A stretch of DNA of 64,000 bases from positions 682,001 to 746,000 of the forward strand of contig SMSO01000025.1 in NCBI GenBank assembly GCA_004764695.1. The letters run 5' to 3'. This document shows positions 45,195 through 57,500 of this stretch, piece by piece. Source of the stretch: Schizochytrium sp. TIO01. Its lineage: Eukaryota > Protista > Bigyra: Labyrinthulomycetes. The notes under the pieces were generated by a model. The model was not told where the DNA came from. It saw only the letters and a program-made list of their open reading frames with translations, and ran no database searches. The stretch's first letter is position 1. Every line of letters begins with the position of its first letter. The translations under genes and the position numbers were made by a program.

Positions 45195-48100
45195 ATGGGT
45201 CGTCAGCATTCGCATATGCGAAAAAGGAATCAAGCCAACAGCAGAGAACTTGCAAACGATGAGATTGAAGAATCTCAAGGGGAGGGTCAAAATTGCGAAC
45301 CCCCCCCGCAGACCCCAGCTAAAATAGAATCTCTGGATGATGTCGTACAGGTCGAGGCGGACTTGGTGAAAACCCCCCCTTCAGATAATCGGCAATCAAA
45401 AAGCAAATACCCAATACAGAGCTCAGGCACAAGTGGTGAGAGAAACAAACGCCGAAAGAAACACCAAGGCCAAGAAAGAAAGGTCTATGGTAAAAAAAAA
45501 AAACTACTTTCTTCACTTGATACTCCTAAGGACGCCTACACAATCCGACGAAAGTCCATCTCCCATGATAAAAAGTCTACTAACACATCTCGTTCTGATG
45601 ATCAGACAAAAGCCAAAGGGAGCAAGTCTGCCTCTCTTGGCAATATTTTACAGGGACATTCTACAAGTGGCTTTCAAAAAAAAAATAAGCGTGAAGACGA
45701 TTGGACGTCCAGTTCAACGGGGGATAAATCATCAAGGTTTACACGATCAGTTATATCGAAGCAAGAAAGAGGTTCAAATTCCCACATAAATCATGTCTCA
45801 AGTGATGATGATTCGTGTATGGTACCAAAATCTATTTCTTCTTCAAAGAAACGTTCCGAATTGTCAGAACCTACGACGCTTAAACCAGAAGCAATAATTT
45901 TAGTTACTCAGGAAAAGGATGTCTTTTATGTAATTCGCTCAAAGGACAAGCTAGAAAACAGATGCAACACTCCCAACCCAGTGGCTATCATCAGAGCTGA
46001 TGCCACTATGATACTTCACTTAGATTGGTCTCAACGCAAACGCGTGGAAAATGTGGCAGAGTTCAGTGTTAGTGTCAAGGATATAGAAAGTCTAGAAAAT
46101 CAAGAAGATCTTTCCCAATATTCTAGAGGGCACCTTCCTTGCGAAGGAATAAGACACAACTCTAGGACCACTTGGTGCGTCTTTCACATGAAAGGTACTT
46201 ATCCAGTCAAAATTCCTGGTACAAAATTTGGGGAAATTCAAGTAAAAACTATAGGCGTTGTGGCGGATAAAGAAGGCTTGGAAAACTGGGGGTGTGCTGT
46301 ACTTGCAGACACGTCTGGAAATCATAAATGGGATAGGAAACGTTATGCACGCCGCGCTGTTGATGCCTATTACTTTGCTCAAGATGCATACAGAACGCGT
46401 GGTAGTATGACTTCGGGTTTCATCCGCGATCATAGCATCCAGGATTACAACCACGGTCGCGGCTGCCTCCCAAAACAACTCCCGAAAGACTGGCCAAGAG
46501 ATTCAACCAGAGAGTCGCGTTCAAATCCGCAGTCTGAGAAGGAAAAGAAGTCCCATATGTCGAATTGGACAAAGTCTTCACTAGGTACTACTTTTTCACG
46601 GGATTCTTTCCAGCTCGTCTTCTAAACGGAGTTCTCACTATGGCCTCAAAAATGTAGAAAGTTTATCTCCAGATTCTCGTGATGCCGATAGTGACAATGA
46701 TATCCCTCTTCGACGCAGAACTCGTTCAAAAGCTAAAGAAACACGAGAGTTCGATTTTAAAGAGTCGGAGTATGGCGAAACATATTTTGTTTACCCGCTT
46801 AAAGGAGGCAAGGACCACATCACCGTAACGAAGGGGGATATTATGCGCACAGAAGAATGCGTTTATCTGAATGATATTCTGATCGATTTCTACATTCGAT
46901 ACTTGCTTCTAGAAAGGTGGAACAAAGAGGTAACTTTGCAGTTAGCCGATTCTGTTTATGTGTACAGCTCACTCTTTGTCAAACGTATGTTCGATGTCTC
47001 AAAGCGAACTCGTAAGCGCTTCAGGTCAGGAAGCGCCGATTCTGATCTGAGTAATCGGACTTCGGCAAAAGCGAAAACAAGTGAAGCTCTTTATGACTGG
47101 ACTCGGAGATGGGGCCGAAAGGTTGACCTTTTTCAAAAGGAGATTCTGATATTCCCTATCAATGACGCATTACATTGGAGTGTTGTTGTTGTTCTCAACG
47201 CCCATCAAATCCCCGCTTTTGTCTTTCATGAACAGAAGTGCCAGCTGGAAAAGCACCAGCAGCAGAAATCTGCAGCAACGCCTGTTTCGAAAGAAGGTGG
47301 TGAACAGGATAATGAACCGCCCTCCAGAGCGACACCAACTAACTGTGGCAACACCTCTACGCCAATTCCAGCGGTCGAAAAGGGAGATCAGGATTCTGGC
47401 AATTACTTAATATCTCCTTCCGCCATAGAGGAGTCTGTCGGATCAAAATATGAAACAGCGAAGGTAGCTGAAAAATCGGCGGAAGTTGCATCTCCTGCGT
47501 CTGCTTTGAAAGGTACTGCCAACCAAGTAAGTAATGCAGAAGATGCCTGCTATGAATCAAAGGTTAGCCAAGATCTTGAAACTTTCGAGCAAAAGAATAA
47601 CGATGATTTGCAGAATGAGCATAAGGAAGTCTCAGCAAACAGTGCAGACAAATCAGCAACAGAGTTAAAAAGGGCTCTCAACGATCCTATCTCTGATGAT
47701 GAAAGCAGCGATGATAATGCCAGCTATAAAAGTTGTGAAGAGGTCTCAGATAATGGAATTGTTGAAGAGGAAGCATCCGCAAAGACACGACAAAGAGAGG
47801 AAAGTAGCACTCTCGAAGGTGATGATATTGTAATTTTAACAAAATCGAGTCCCCGCAAGAACTCGAGCGGATCTCTTACTTCAAAGGCTAATGGTGTGAT
47901 CGAAATTGATCAGCATGAAAATATGGCTGAAGATTTTGCAGAAGCAGGCAGAGAGTGTATTAATGTCTCACGTAGGCATTGTTATAGCAAAACTGCAAGT
48001 GATACAGCTAAAGTAGAAAGCCAGTTCTCGTCCAGTGATAGTGACGATTCATCTGAAAATGAGTCAGACGGTGAGGCTAAAGTTAAAACAGTTCGACCAA

Positions 48101-49449
48101 CGAAACCATCTCAGAGTCGGAGTACAAGTCGACATATGAAGTCGTCGAGTAAAATTAACTTTTTGGAACCAGGGCCCGCCACAACAGAATCCCCCCGCAA
48201 CCGTAAAAAGTTTAAGAATCCTTCAAAGGCCTTTGCTGAGGACATTGAAGCAGTTTTAAAGAATGATAATACAACTCTATCTGCACGGAATTCCCCAATT
48301 GAAGGTGGTGGCTTCGGTGATAAACTTTCGGGTAGTGGGCATTCAAGTGATGGGGATTCAGAGGATGAAGGTTTGGGCAGGTCTCATTCGCTTGAAAAGA
48401 CCTGTGCTAGCACACGGGAGGAGAGTCAGAGAAAAAGAAGCAAGGAAGACCATGCAAGTGAAGACCAAAACTTAGGGAGGTCTGAGGCAACATCTGCTGA
48501 TAGCACGAGACCACTTGGTGAAAGAAGTTTCTTTTCTTCTTCGACCGTCTCCTCTTCGTCGGGTTCATCTTCATCTCCAGGACTGCTCAAGGATGATAAA
48601 TCTGATGAGAAGAATGACTTAAGTATGCCATCATCTCCAGCTCCTAGTGCGCCTCCTATTTTATTTGCTCCCTTCGCAAAGTACGACCCTGAAAGGAGTC
48701 CACAGATTCTTTTCATGGACTCCATTGGATCGCATCGCAGGGAAAAGGTTGCAAATGTGATCATTACGTATTTGCAAAACCTGTGGAAAGATCGTGCTCC
48801 GCGAACACAAGGCTTCGAAGAGAGCCCAGAGTCTATTGAGGTGATTGCAGATTTATTTCCTGATATCAAGTCCAAAACCCTTGACGTGGCGTCTCAAGAG
48901 AATTCTTATGATTGTGGCGTTTATGTTGTTCGTTATGTCCAAGAGCTGCTTGAGACGAAGTTCAACATAGCTAATGGAGAGAAACCTAAATCCGATGATG
49001 AGATCATTCGTGCCGTAGAGAATCTGAAGGATTTCTCCGGTGTCCGAAAGCAGATGCGTGACCTGGTGAAAAAATTGCATGAGTCTTACGTGGAGAATTG
49101 CGAAGCTCAAAGCACAGAGGAAGGGGAGAAAGAAGAAGAAAAGGCGAAGGATGAATGCGCAACAGTAAATGAAAATCTTTCAAAGGTGAACGCCGAGCAT
49201 GAAGGAGGACAAGGTACTAAACCTAACGCTACTAAAGTTTCACAAGACTTGGAGGACAAAGATGAACCTCGGCCAACCTCTTCAACGGGTTGCGCATTGG
49301 CTGAAAGCTCGGACGCGTTGAGCCCTGAAGTTCCTGGGTTGTCTCAATCAGAGTCGCAGCGTGGGAACATTGATGATTCCCCGCAGGATAATAGTGACAA
49401 TGGGGAAGATTCGAAGTCGGAGGATACTGACTGTGAGGTGATTGCATAG
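45195..49449 (+). CDS. Peptidase C48 SUMO protease, Ulp2/SENP6-7-like; two exons joined across intron 46585..46657; start uncertain
   Basis: VYPLKGGKDHITVTKGDI..YLNDILIDFY, VDLFQKEILIFPINDALHWSV (His 47173), ILFMDS (Asp 48718), QENSYDCGVY (Cys 48913). A G|GTACTA...TGTAG|AA phase-1 junction links the 485-aa and 868-aa ORFs. Confidence 0.88.
46585..46657 (+). other. Probable intron (73 nt, phase 1) in the SUMO protease gene; alternative in-frame acceptor at 46672
   Basis: GT...AG boundaries; splicing removes the stop at 46623-46625 and joins the two ORFs in frame. Confidence 0.7.
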
Positions 49450-50396
49450 GTTTTGAGATGCATCTAATTTCGATTTCTAATTGTTTTTTATTTTCTATAT
49501 TTTTGAATGTAAACAATCTTATAAACGGATGGTATCTTAGTTACCAAATTGCCAATACTGCAGTAGATATTTTTGTTTGGACTATTGGTGAACAAATGTT
49601 GGAGAAGCATTCGCATGATCCAAAAGCGTGTTTTCTAATGCCTTAATAAAACATCTTTTCAATTTTAAAGCATAGGAAAACTCTCAACTGTTTTCATGTC
49701 TTGTGCTATAAGGGAAACTAAATTATTTATTCACTATATTTCTGAATATCTATGTCGCTTGAAAGGGTCATTTCAGAACATAATTTTGATTTGAGGTAGC
49801 AATATTCGAATAAACTAAAATTTAAGCAATGGTCGACCTTTAAAGTCCTAATTTAATAGTTTCCGTGTCAAAATCTAAATGATTGCTAAATCTCGAGACA
49901 ATCACTGCTCCTTTTCTTGTTGATGTGATAAGGATAATTTTAGTCCTTGACTCGTCAGTTTACTACTCTCTCCTTCTAACCGATACCCACATAATGGTTT
50001 AACATGCTAGTTGTATATATATATATATATATGACATTGCTCTTGTGTGCAAAACTTCGCAAGTAGGGCTCCGCAAGCCAAGAGTAGGAGACATATGGCA
50101 TGGTTTTCGTTTTGAGTATTCGTAAGATATATGAGACAACAAGGCCTGCCCGGTTTGAGTGGGAAGACATTGTGATCCCTGGAGCCGACAACAGTACTGC
50201 TAATATTGTACGGAGCCATGCCGAATGGTCAACGCTTTGGCGTAGTGTTTTATAGGGAAACCTGTCATTAGGTTAGGGCACTTGCAGCTTGCAAAGAGTA
50301 CTAGGCTGGACTCTCTAAATAAGAGCAGTCTTGAGTTCTTCCTATAAGAAAGGATCGAATTTCATCTTATGCAGTACAATTGTATGCATTGTCTCA

Positions 50397-51082
50397 TCAC
50401 TTTCCTTTGGGGCGGTTTGCCAAGGCAGCAAGGTGCTCTTCTTTGAGTTTTTCGAGCTTGACGAGTGCGTCAGGGACATCCTTAAGAGGAAGGACGCCAT
50501 GAGCCAAGCACCAACTCAGCGCGATGTAACTTTGCGGGTTTTGCCTGTTATTTGAGATCATACTCATTGAAACAAGTTAGACCATTTTACATTGGCTCAT
50601 GACTAAAGCGCGTTGCGAAAAAACTTACTTGTAGAGGGTTTCATAAAACACTCGAGTGCCTTCTCCACCGGGTGGTGTGGGTTTCCTAAGGTCATGCATC
50701 GTTTACATTCTTGAGTTAGTTTCCAATTTCGATCTTAACTCTAAGGATTTGTATTGTTATAACCGGGTTGTATTCGAAATTTTCAGGGCTCTTAAATCAG
50801 CAGTAGTGGCCCATTCGAAACTCTGCGAAGCCAGAGTCTTCCCGATTCGAGAACGCCTCCAGCAAGAACTTACCGTTGACCAGGCTTGAACTTAATAATT
50901 AGAGTGTTTTCGTCACCATCGTCTTCAACAGATTCGAGCACAGCAGCATCGTTCGGCTTTGCTGCAGGGTCCCTCCCCTCCGCTTTGGCGCCCTTTTCGG
51001 CTTTCACTTTGGCAGCAACGTCTGCCTCGATCTCGCGCTTCACCATCTTTTTGGGAGGCTCCGGCGCATCGTTGCGAGCCAT
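50397..51082 (-). CDS. Uncharacterised 137-aa protein, three exons (51082..50874, 50685..50629, 50544..50397)
   Basis: Two GTAAGT...YAG phase-2 introns give ...KPGQRKPTPPGGEGTRVFYETLYKQNPQSYIALSWCLAHGVLP...KGK*. From memory this resembles a plant/protist family with pattern GQK..PP....LR.FYE.L..Q.P.S.MA..W....G.L. Confidence 0.8.
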
Positions 51083-54000
51083 TGTATTTCCACTCCACAG
51101 AGAGCAATTGACCTGCAGCTATCTCAGTTTCAGCCAGAGTAGCAATGCCGCAAATCTTCAGCACTCTGGCGTCGAGAGCTTTTCGTGGATGGTCGCCCAA
51201 CTCCAACACTTAACTGAGCGCTGGTCCAACTACGCTTTTACTAATTAATGATCGAGGACTGCACAACCCACTCCGGAGAAACTTTACCTACTACATAAAA
51301 AAAGGAATCTAATATGAGATCATCATGCACAACTGGATAGCTTGATTTATCCGATTTCTCCGCGATGATAGCAAATAGGATGTAATGATGACATCGAAAT
51401 GAACGAGATGAAGAATACTGCGCTAGCTCGTACTGGGTAAGGTTTTGAGTTGACCTTATTAGAGTATCAAAGTGCGAAAATTGTTCGTGAGCATTCACAT
51501 TAAAAATTGATGCTGGAAAGACTCAATCAAATTACCAACGGGGTATATATACTGCCCGAGAGTTTGAATGTATTGATTTATCGTTCTAACATCTACAAGG
51601 CGCCCCATGGTCATTGAAATTCCAAGATACGCCTTTAAAGTGAATTTTACAGTTGCTGAAATGGTGGTGCTTATTTGGTAAGCCAGCCCTCTCCGTGGTG
51701 GCCGACTTGGACTCTCAGAAAAGACTCCACTTTGGCAGATGTAGATGCTCGCACCAGCACTAATCACTAAAGAATGTAATTATACGAAAGTCGCGTTTAT
51801 TTGATCAAGTTGCAATGTCTGAAGATTTATTGGCAAAAAGATGGAGTTGTGCTCAAGTGCCCTTATTCTTCATACTAAAGTCAAAGTGTGAAATCAAAAC
51901 GCGCAAAGTAGATTTCTAGCACTATTTCCGAACTTGTGCATGTAGTGAGTGTATAAAAGTAGTATTTATATCTCCTCTACAAATTATCCTGATGTTTCAA
52001 TGCGGAATTCGTTACGAAAGCATGATGCCTTAGCTAAACGGGAAATCCACCACATAGACTTCTACTTCCACGTAACTTGTAAGGTGGGCACTTCATGCAG
52101 TTCAAGCATTGAAACTATAGCGGTATTTACGAAAGATTGGGTGGATTTTGTAAGCTTGGAACGCAAAGAGATTTCTTGTTTCATATTGACACAGACACAC
52201 CATACGACCGATATCAAGAGTAAGAGAAGTTGCCCAAGCAATTTAGGTTAAGTATAGAGGTTTTATTTTCGTCCATCGACATATTTCAGAAGACCAGAAT
52301 GCACTACTGAGGTGGTGAAAAAAGGTTTTGAAAAGCCTTAGGCAGCGATGAAATATAATAATAGCTAAGATCAAATGCTATAACATCCAACTAAGTATAG
52401 GACACGAGCGATTGACATTCACTTCTACAGCAACAAGGCCTTATGCAAAAGAGAACCTTATGTCATATTGAGAAAGTTCATTTAGTCAAAGGAGGCCTGA
52501 GCTCATTCTGAGAAATATGCTTTTATAATCGTTATCACACTGGATCTCCACAAATTGTCTTGTGACCTCAAGGCTCTCCGAAGGTCATTGATCTAAGTAG
52601 TGGCTCTTTAAGTTGCGTGTATTTAATCCGTGGCCACTCATTAAACACAAACTGAATGAGTAATATTATGAAATCCTGTCCTTAATAAGAACTGACTGCC
52701 TGTACATCCGGAATGTTAATTTATCCTTGTTCTGATCTGGTGCCCGAATGTATTGGTAAATACCTACCCCCTGGGCATTTTCAACGGTTAGAACCACGCA
52801 AAAATACCACTTTAAAATAAGAAAAATAAAAAGAATAAAAAAAGACGAGAAAAACAAATAAGAAAAGAAATACCAGTTTACAAAAGAAGGTTATGTCCCA
52901 AAATGAAGGCCCATGGTTTGAGGTACATGGGTGCTGGCGAACATGCGAGAGTGAGAAAGTAAGGAGGATTTTCTCATCTTGTTTGTAATGTGTTCCCACT
53001 TTCTTCCTCGCAAGTGTCCGGCGAACACTTCGATATGTAACATGGCGCCTTCTTATATTCAAAGTCAAGGTAATTTTCCAGCTAGTTGACACATTGTGCT
53101 AAAATGTTTCTGTTTTGTCCTAATTCTAGATATGGTTCTTATCGAGCTACATGAAAACAAAGCAATCATTTCGTGCCAAAAGCTTTCCAAACTTTACTCA
53201 ATGCGCAACCAATACAGCTCGGAAACATCATAACAGATAGTGTTTGTTTGTAACACCAAGCAAACTTTAGTAAAAATGTAGGTATGCAATCTTCTTTATC
53301 GAAGTGAGCAAACATGATTGTTTTCAATGCCTCCTCTCGGACGAATGTCTCATAATGGGGTATGTAGTACGACCTACATAGCTAAGTTTGTGCAGACAAA
53401 TTTGAGCACGCCTTCTGGGCTGGTCTTCGCACGCTCACACACCCTTCTAGTACTAGAGCTTTTCAGTTCTTCACGATCAAGCAAAAAAAAGGTTACTAAA
53501 AGGTACTTTTACCACTGCATTTATAAAGGGCCCTTTGCTGCCTAGGCTAAACTGCACTTTAGCGCAAGCCCTACTATACTTCAAAGTTACTTCGTCGTGG
53601 CTGCTCTTCAGAACAATTTTGGTATGGATAAAACAAGCAAACAGCCTAATAAACTCGTTCTTTCAAGGAATGCTTCAAGCTGTTCCTGGGACACGCATCA
53701 GGTTCACGATTGATCTGACGAGAGCCAAGACTTAAAACCATTCGAGCTTTATTGTGTTTTTCTTTTTCCTCTTCTTTCTCGATCTCATTCACATTCATTC
53801 GTGACAGAGTGGTGATTGTAGCTAGAAAGCAATCCGAGAGGCTCATGCCAAACGCTTGGCGAGCAGTAGCCAATTGTTAAATGCGCTACTATCGCTTTTG
53901 TACCAGAGTTGCAGCCTGCAAAATTGCTTCGATAGCGTGGCTGCTCCACGAGTTCGACAGGCCTTTCCCACGAGCGCCTGACTTTTGTTTGCTGGAAAAC

Positions 54001-54509
54001 CCTCGCAAGTAAAGCAAATAGCAGAGTACCTAGCTCTTCTTCAATATCTGGGCAGCAAACTAACAAGCAAACTAACAAGCAAACAAACAGGCAAGCCAAT
54101 GCTCGTCCAAAACTTTGGTGCAGGAACGTCCAGCATGCAGCCCGTGTCATACACAGTTGGCCTAGTCTGCGTGGTCGCGCGTGCGCTCCAAGCAAGCTCT
54201 GCAAAGAGAGAGAGAGAGGGAGACCTTGAAGTTTTGTCATTTCGAGGAAACCTTTGGGCAAGATCACATTTGCTCGTAGAAGGGTGTGTACTACCTCTTT
54301 GCCGGCCTTCTCAGCCATGATGGCACATCACTACTTCGAATAGTCTAATCTCATGCTAGTACCTTCCTGTCCACCGCAAGTTCCGAAGACCTCTTCTTCA
54401 GGCTTTGCGATCGGCGCCGGCTTTCGAGTTTATTGCAACCCTTCTGACCCTCATTCCGAGTCGCAAGCAGTGCTGGGCAGAAAATCTTTATCGAGAGCAG
54501 CAGATTGAC

Positions 54510-54510
<1 letters not shown>

Positions 54511-54570
<60 letters not shown>
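54511..54570. repeat. (GATT)15 microsatellite
   Basis: Perfect run; same repeat class as 29575 on the opposite strand. Confidence 0.95.
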
Positions 54571-57500
54571 AGATTGCACATAGAATTGAAATACTGTAAT
54601 ATGCGACATGGATTCTCCACGACGCTTTGGCATACCTGTTCAAGTTAGTCAGGTAAAGCTCTGTTTCAGCTCTCTTCCTTGCAGATATACAGCCAGTACT
54701 ACAGATATACAGCCAGCCTGAGTTTTGGCTTACTCTTGCTAGTTTATGGAAAGTCATCATCATCTGTTGACTCATGTATTTTTCTAAACCTTGAACTTTA
54801 TATTAAATTACAAATTAAAACTTTTCAATTTAAAAGAGCATTAAAAAAAAGAAAAGAAAGAAGCGTGTGTCACTTAAAAAATTATGAAAAAGGAAAGGAA
54901 CTACAAGAAGGTAGAAGAGGGAACCAAAAAAATAGAAGCAATTACTATAATACTCGGTAAAATTAAGCGATGAAGAACGAACAAATAGAAGAGCTGATGT
55001 TGAACTGCAAGGTTTTCAAGATCTTCAGGCACTTGCCTCGTTAATCATCCAAGTTACTAACAATGAGTAGCAACATTCGAAGAGGTTTTATGCATTTCAT
55101 GGCGATGACCATGCTGATACTTTTAGTGTTCAGAAATTAACAAAAGGGCTTCTGAAAAGGAGGAACTCTCCGGTTGCTAAGGATAGTTAGTTCTAAGCTT
55201 CTCTGTAGGATTCGAAGTTTAAATAGAGAAAATAAAAAGGAAGAGAAATAAATAAAATAAAATATGAGGACTCGCGGTGGCTCGACCAGGGTGTGTGCCG
55301 AGCGCGCGCGAGTCACGATGATAATGATCATCACCATTATCAAAAGCCTTTCTTCTCATTCGCTTCCAACCTAATAATGACAATAATAACCAACCCGACC
55401 TCCATGGGTTTCCTGATCTCTTGTGGCGTGTTATGCTGCTGTTGTTGTTGCTGCTGGTGCTGGTTGGAGCTGACAACCAGAAATCAGCTAGGGCATCTTC
55501 ATTTTCACACACCCCGAACTAGAAACGCAAATTATATCAGAGCCAGCAAACTTAAAGCTACCTACCTACTGCACAGGTCTTCAAATACTATGGAGCCATC
55601 GCTACAGCATAGCCCGTCCAAGCCAAATGCACAAGCCGCCACCAACCTTGAGCTTAACCTCAATACGAAAGCACGATTAAACCATTGTAACAAGATGAAA
55701 TGCACAATTCGTGCACACCCTGTTCAGGAAAATTGGGTATACTGTAATAAGTTGAGGAGGGGGCTCTTTCGGGCTCTCCATATGGCGCACAACTGACACG
55801 ATTACCCAACGGAGCCTTGGTCTTGATGCCGTCAAGCTCGCTAAATCAAGCCAGTTCTTGTCATGCGTCACTACCGTTTGCATTTAGGCCCAACGTGGTC
55901 CACGAGCTGCCCTGAATTTGACTTGAAACAACAAGGTGAACTCAATTGTGAGGATGCAGACATCGTTGTTGTAATGGGCTCGACTCGGACAAGGTTTGCA
56001 GCTAGCTATTCGGACGTGAGCTAACTCGCTTGCAGGATGTTAACGTCATCAAAAGAGGAGAGGACATCCATCTCCTAGTTTTGTCGACTGATTTACCTGG
56101 CTTGGCATGTATTCATTGTTTGCTTAGACACGATTGTATGATCGTGAACCTCGACAACTACAGTGTGACCCACTGTTGCCATTTCAACGTAGAGGACTCG
56201 TCTAGTCAGCAGCTCAGGAGAGTCGTTCGTCTTGTCCCAGCGCAATCACAACCATCTCGCCGCTCAGAAGGACGTCTTGGTGAAGGTTCCAGGCATCTTG
56301 GTCGATAGTAGTTCCCCGCCAAGAATCTTCTCAGTCAGGGCCATGCTCGGATACGAACATTTGATTAATAAACTTCAATCAATCAATCAATCAATCAATC
56401 GATCGATCACACATTTGCACACGAGATCTCCTTCCGAGGCGATTTGGCCACGCCAGCGACATATCTTTGCTCCGCTTCAAGGCAAACTAAGATCGCAGCT
56501 TCAGACAGACACGGTCCGCCGCCCAATTATGGCCTCCGCGGCGCTGCGTCGCGGGGCATGTCCGCAATCGTATCGAATGTACTGCTTTGTGCAAATCGTT
56601 GCCGTCTGGGACCAAGGCTCCCTTCCTTCCGCAGCTCGGGGGCAGTCAATTCGCAAATGGCGGCCGCATCCTCCCGCGGAAAGTCCCGGGCCGAGCACCT
56701 GCACCAGCGCTGCGGCGGTGGCAAATCTCGCTCCCGTGAAGGACGGCCTGCGCGAGGTAATGCTCGCTTCTTCTCTGCCACAGAAGAGCCGCGAGGATGA
56801 TGGCACTAGAGAGAGAAGCACCTCATCCGTTCTTGGTTTGTCAGGAATGGAAAGAAATGGTCACACGAGAAGAGACAGCAAACAACAAAGCAAGCAGAAG
56901 AGAACAGGGTTCGCATCGTATCATCGTAATCTCGTGCTCCAGCGAGCTGCAAAGAGGTCCGCAGGCCGTGCTCCACGACTTCGAGGCGGCGAGCTTAGAG
57001 GAGGAGGGGAATTCTTTTCGGGAAACCACAACTAACGATGGTGCAAGCAATTGAGTAGACAGGTTGGTGAACTCGGCGACTGCGAATTTGCACACAACTC
57101 TCAATATCTCATCCTCTTTTTGTAATTGATTCGTGTATTATTATTCATTAATTAATGACATTAATTTAAAATTCATAATTTAAAATCAAATAATTAAAAA
57201 AACACGTTGATATCTCCTACTATGGACAGTAGAAAGGAAAAAAGTACAAGTTAAGGTAAAATTCCTGTTTTCCCTCGTTTTCAATCGCGGGCGGACTCTG
57301 AAAAAGAGACTTTTTAAAGGTAAAAAAAAAAGGAGGAACGTAAAAACATGAACAAACAAATCAATATTTATAAAACAGTGGGAGCTCGAAACGAAACGAG
57401 GGCCTTCCCGGTAGAAACGGCGTAGTGTGTTTCGTTACTTTGCTCGGCTCCCTCATGAGAAAACCAGCGCGGCGGTGATAATTATGGCGCTGCGTCTTAC

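Noticed and set aside
56232-57035. 267-aa ORF
   Set aside because: Non-ATG start, runs through an AATC microsatellite, GC-rich with open frames on both strands, no domain pattern.
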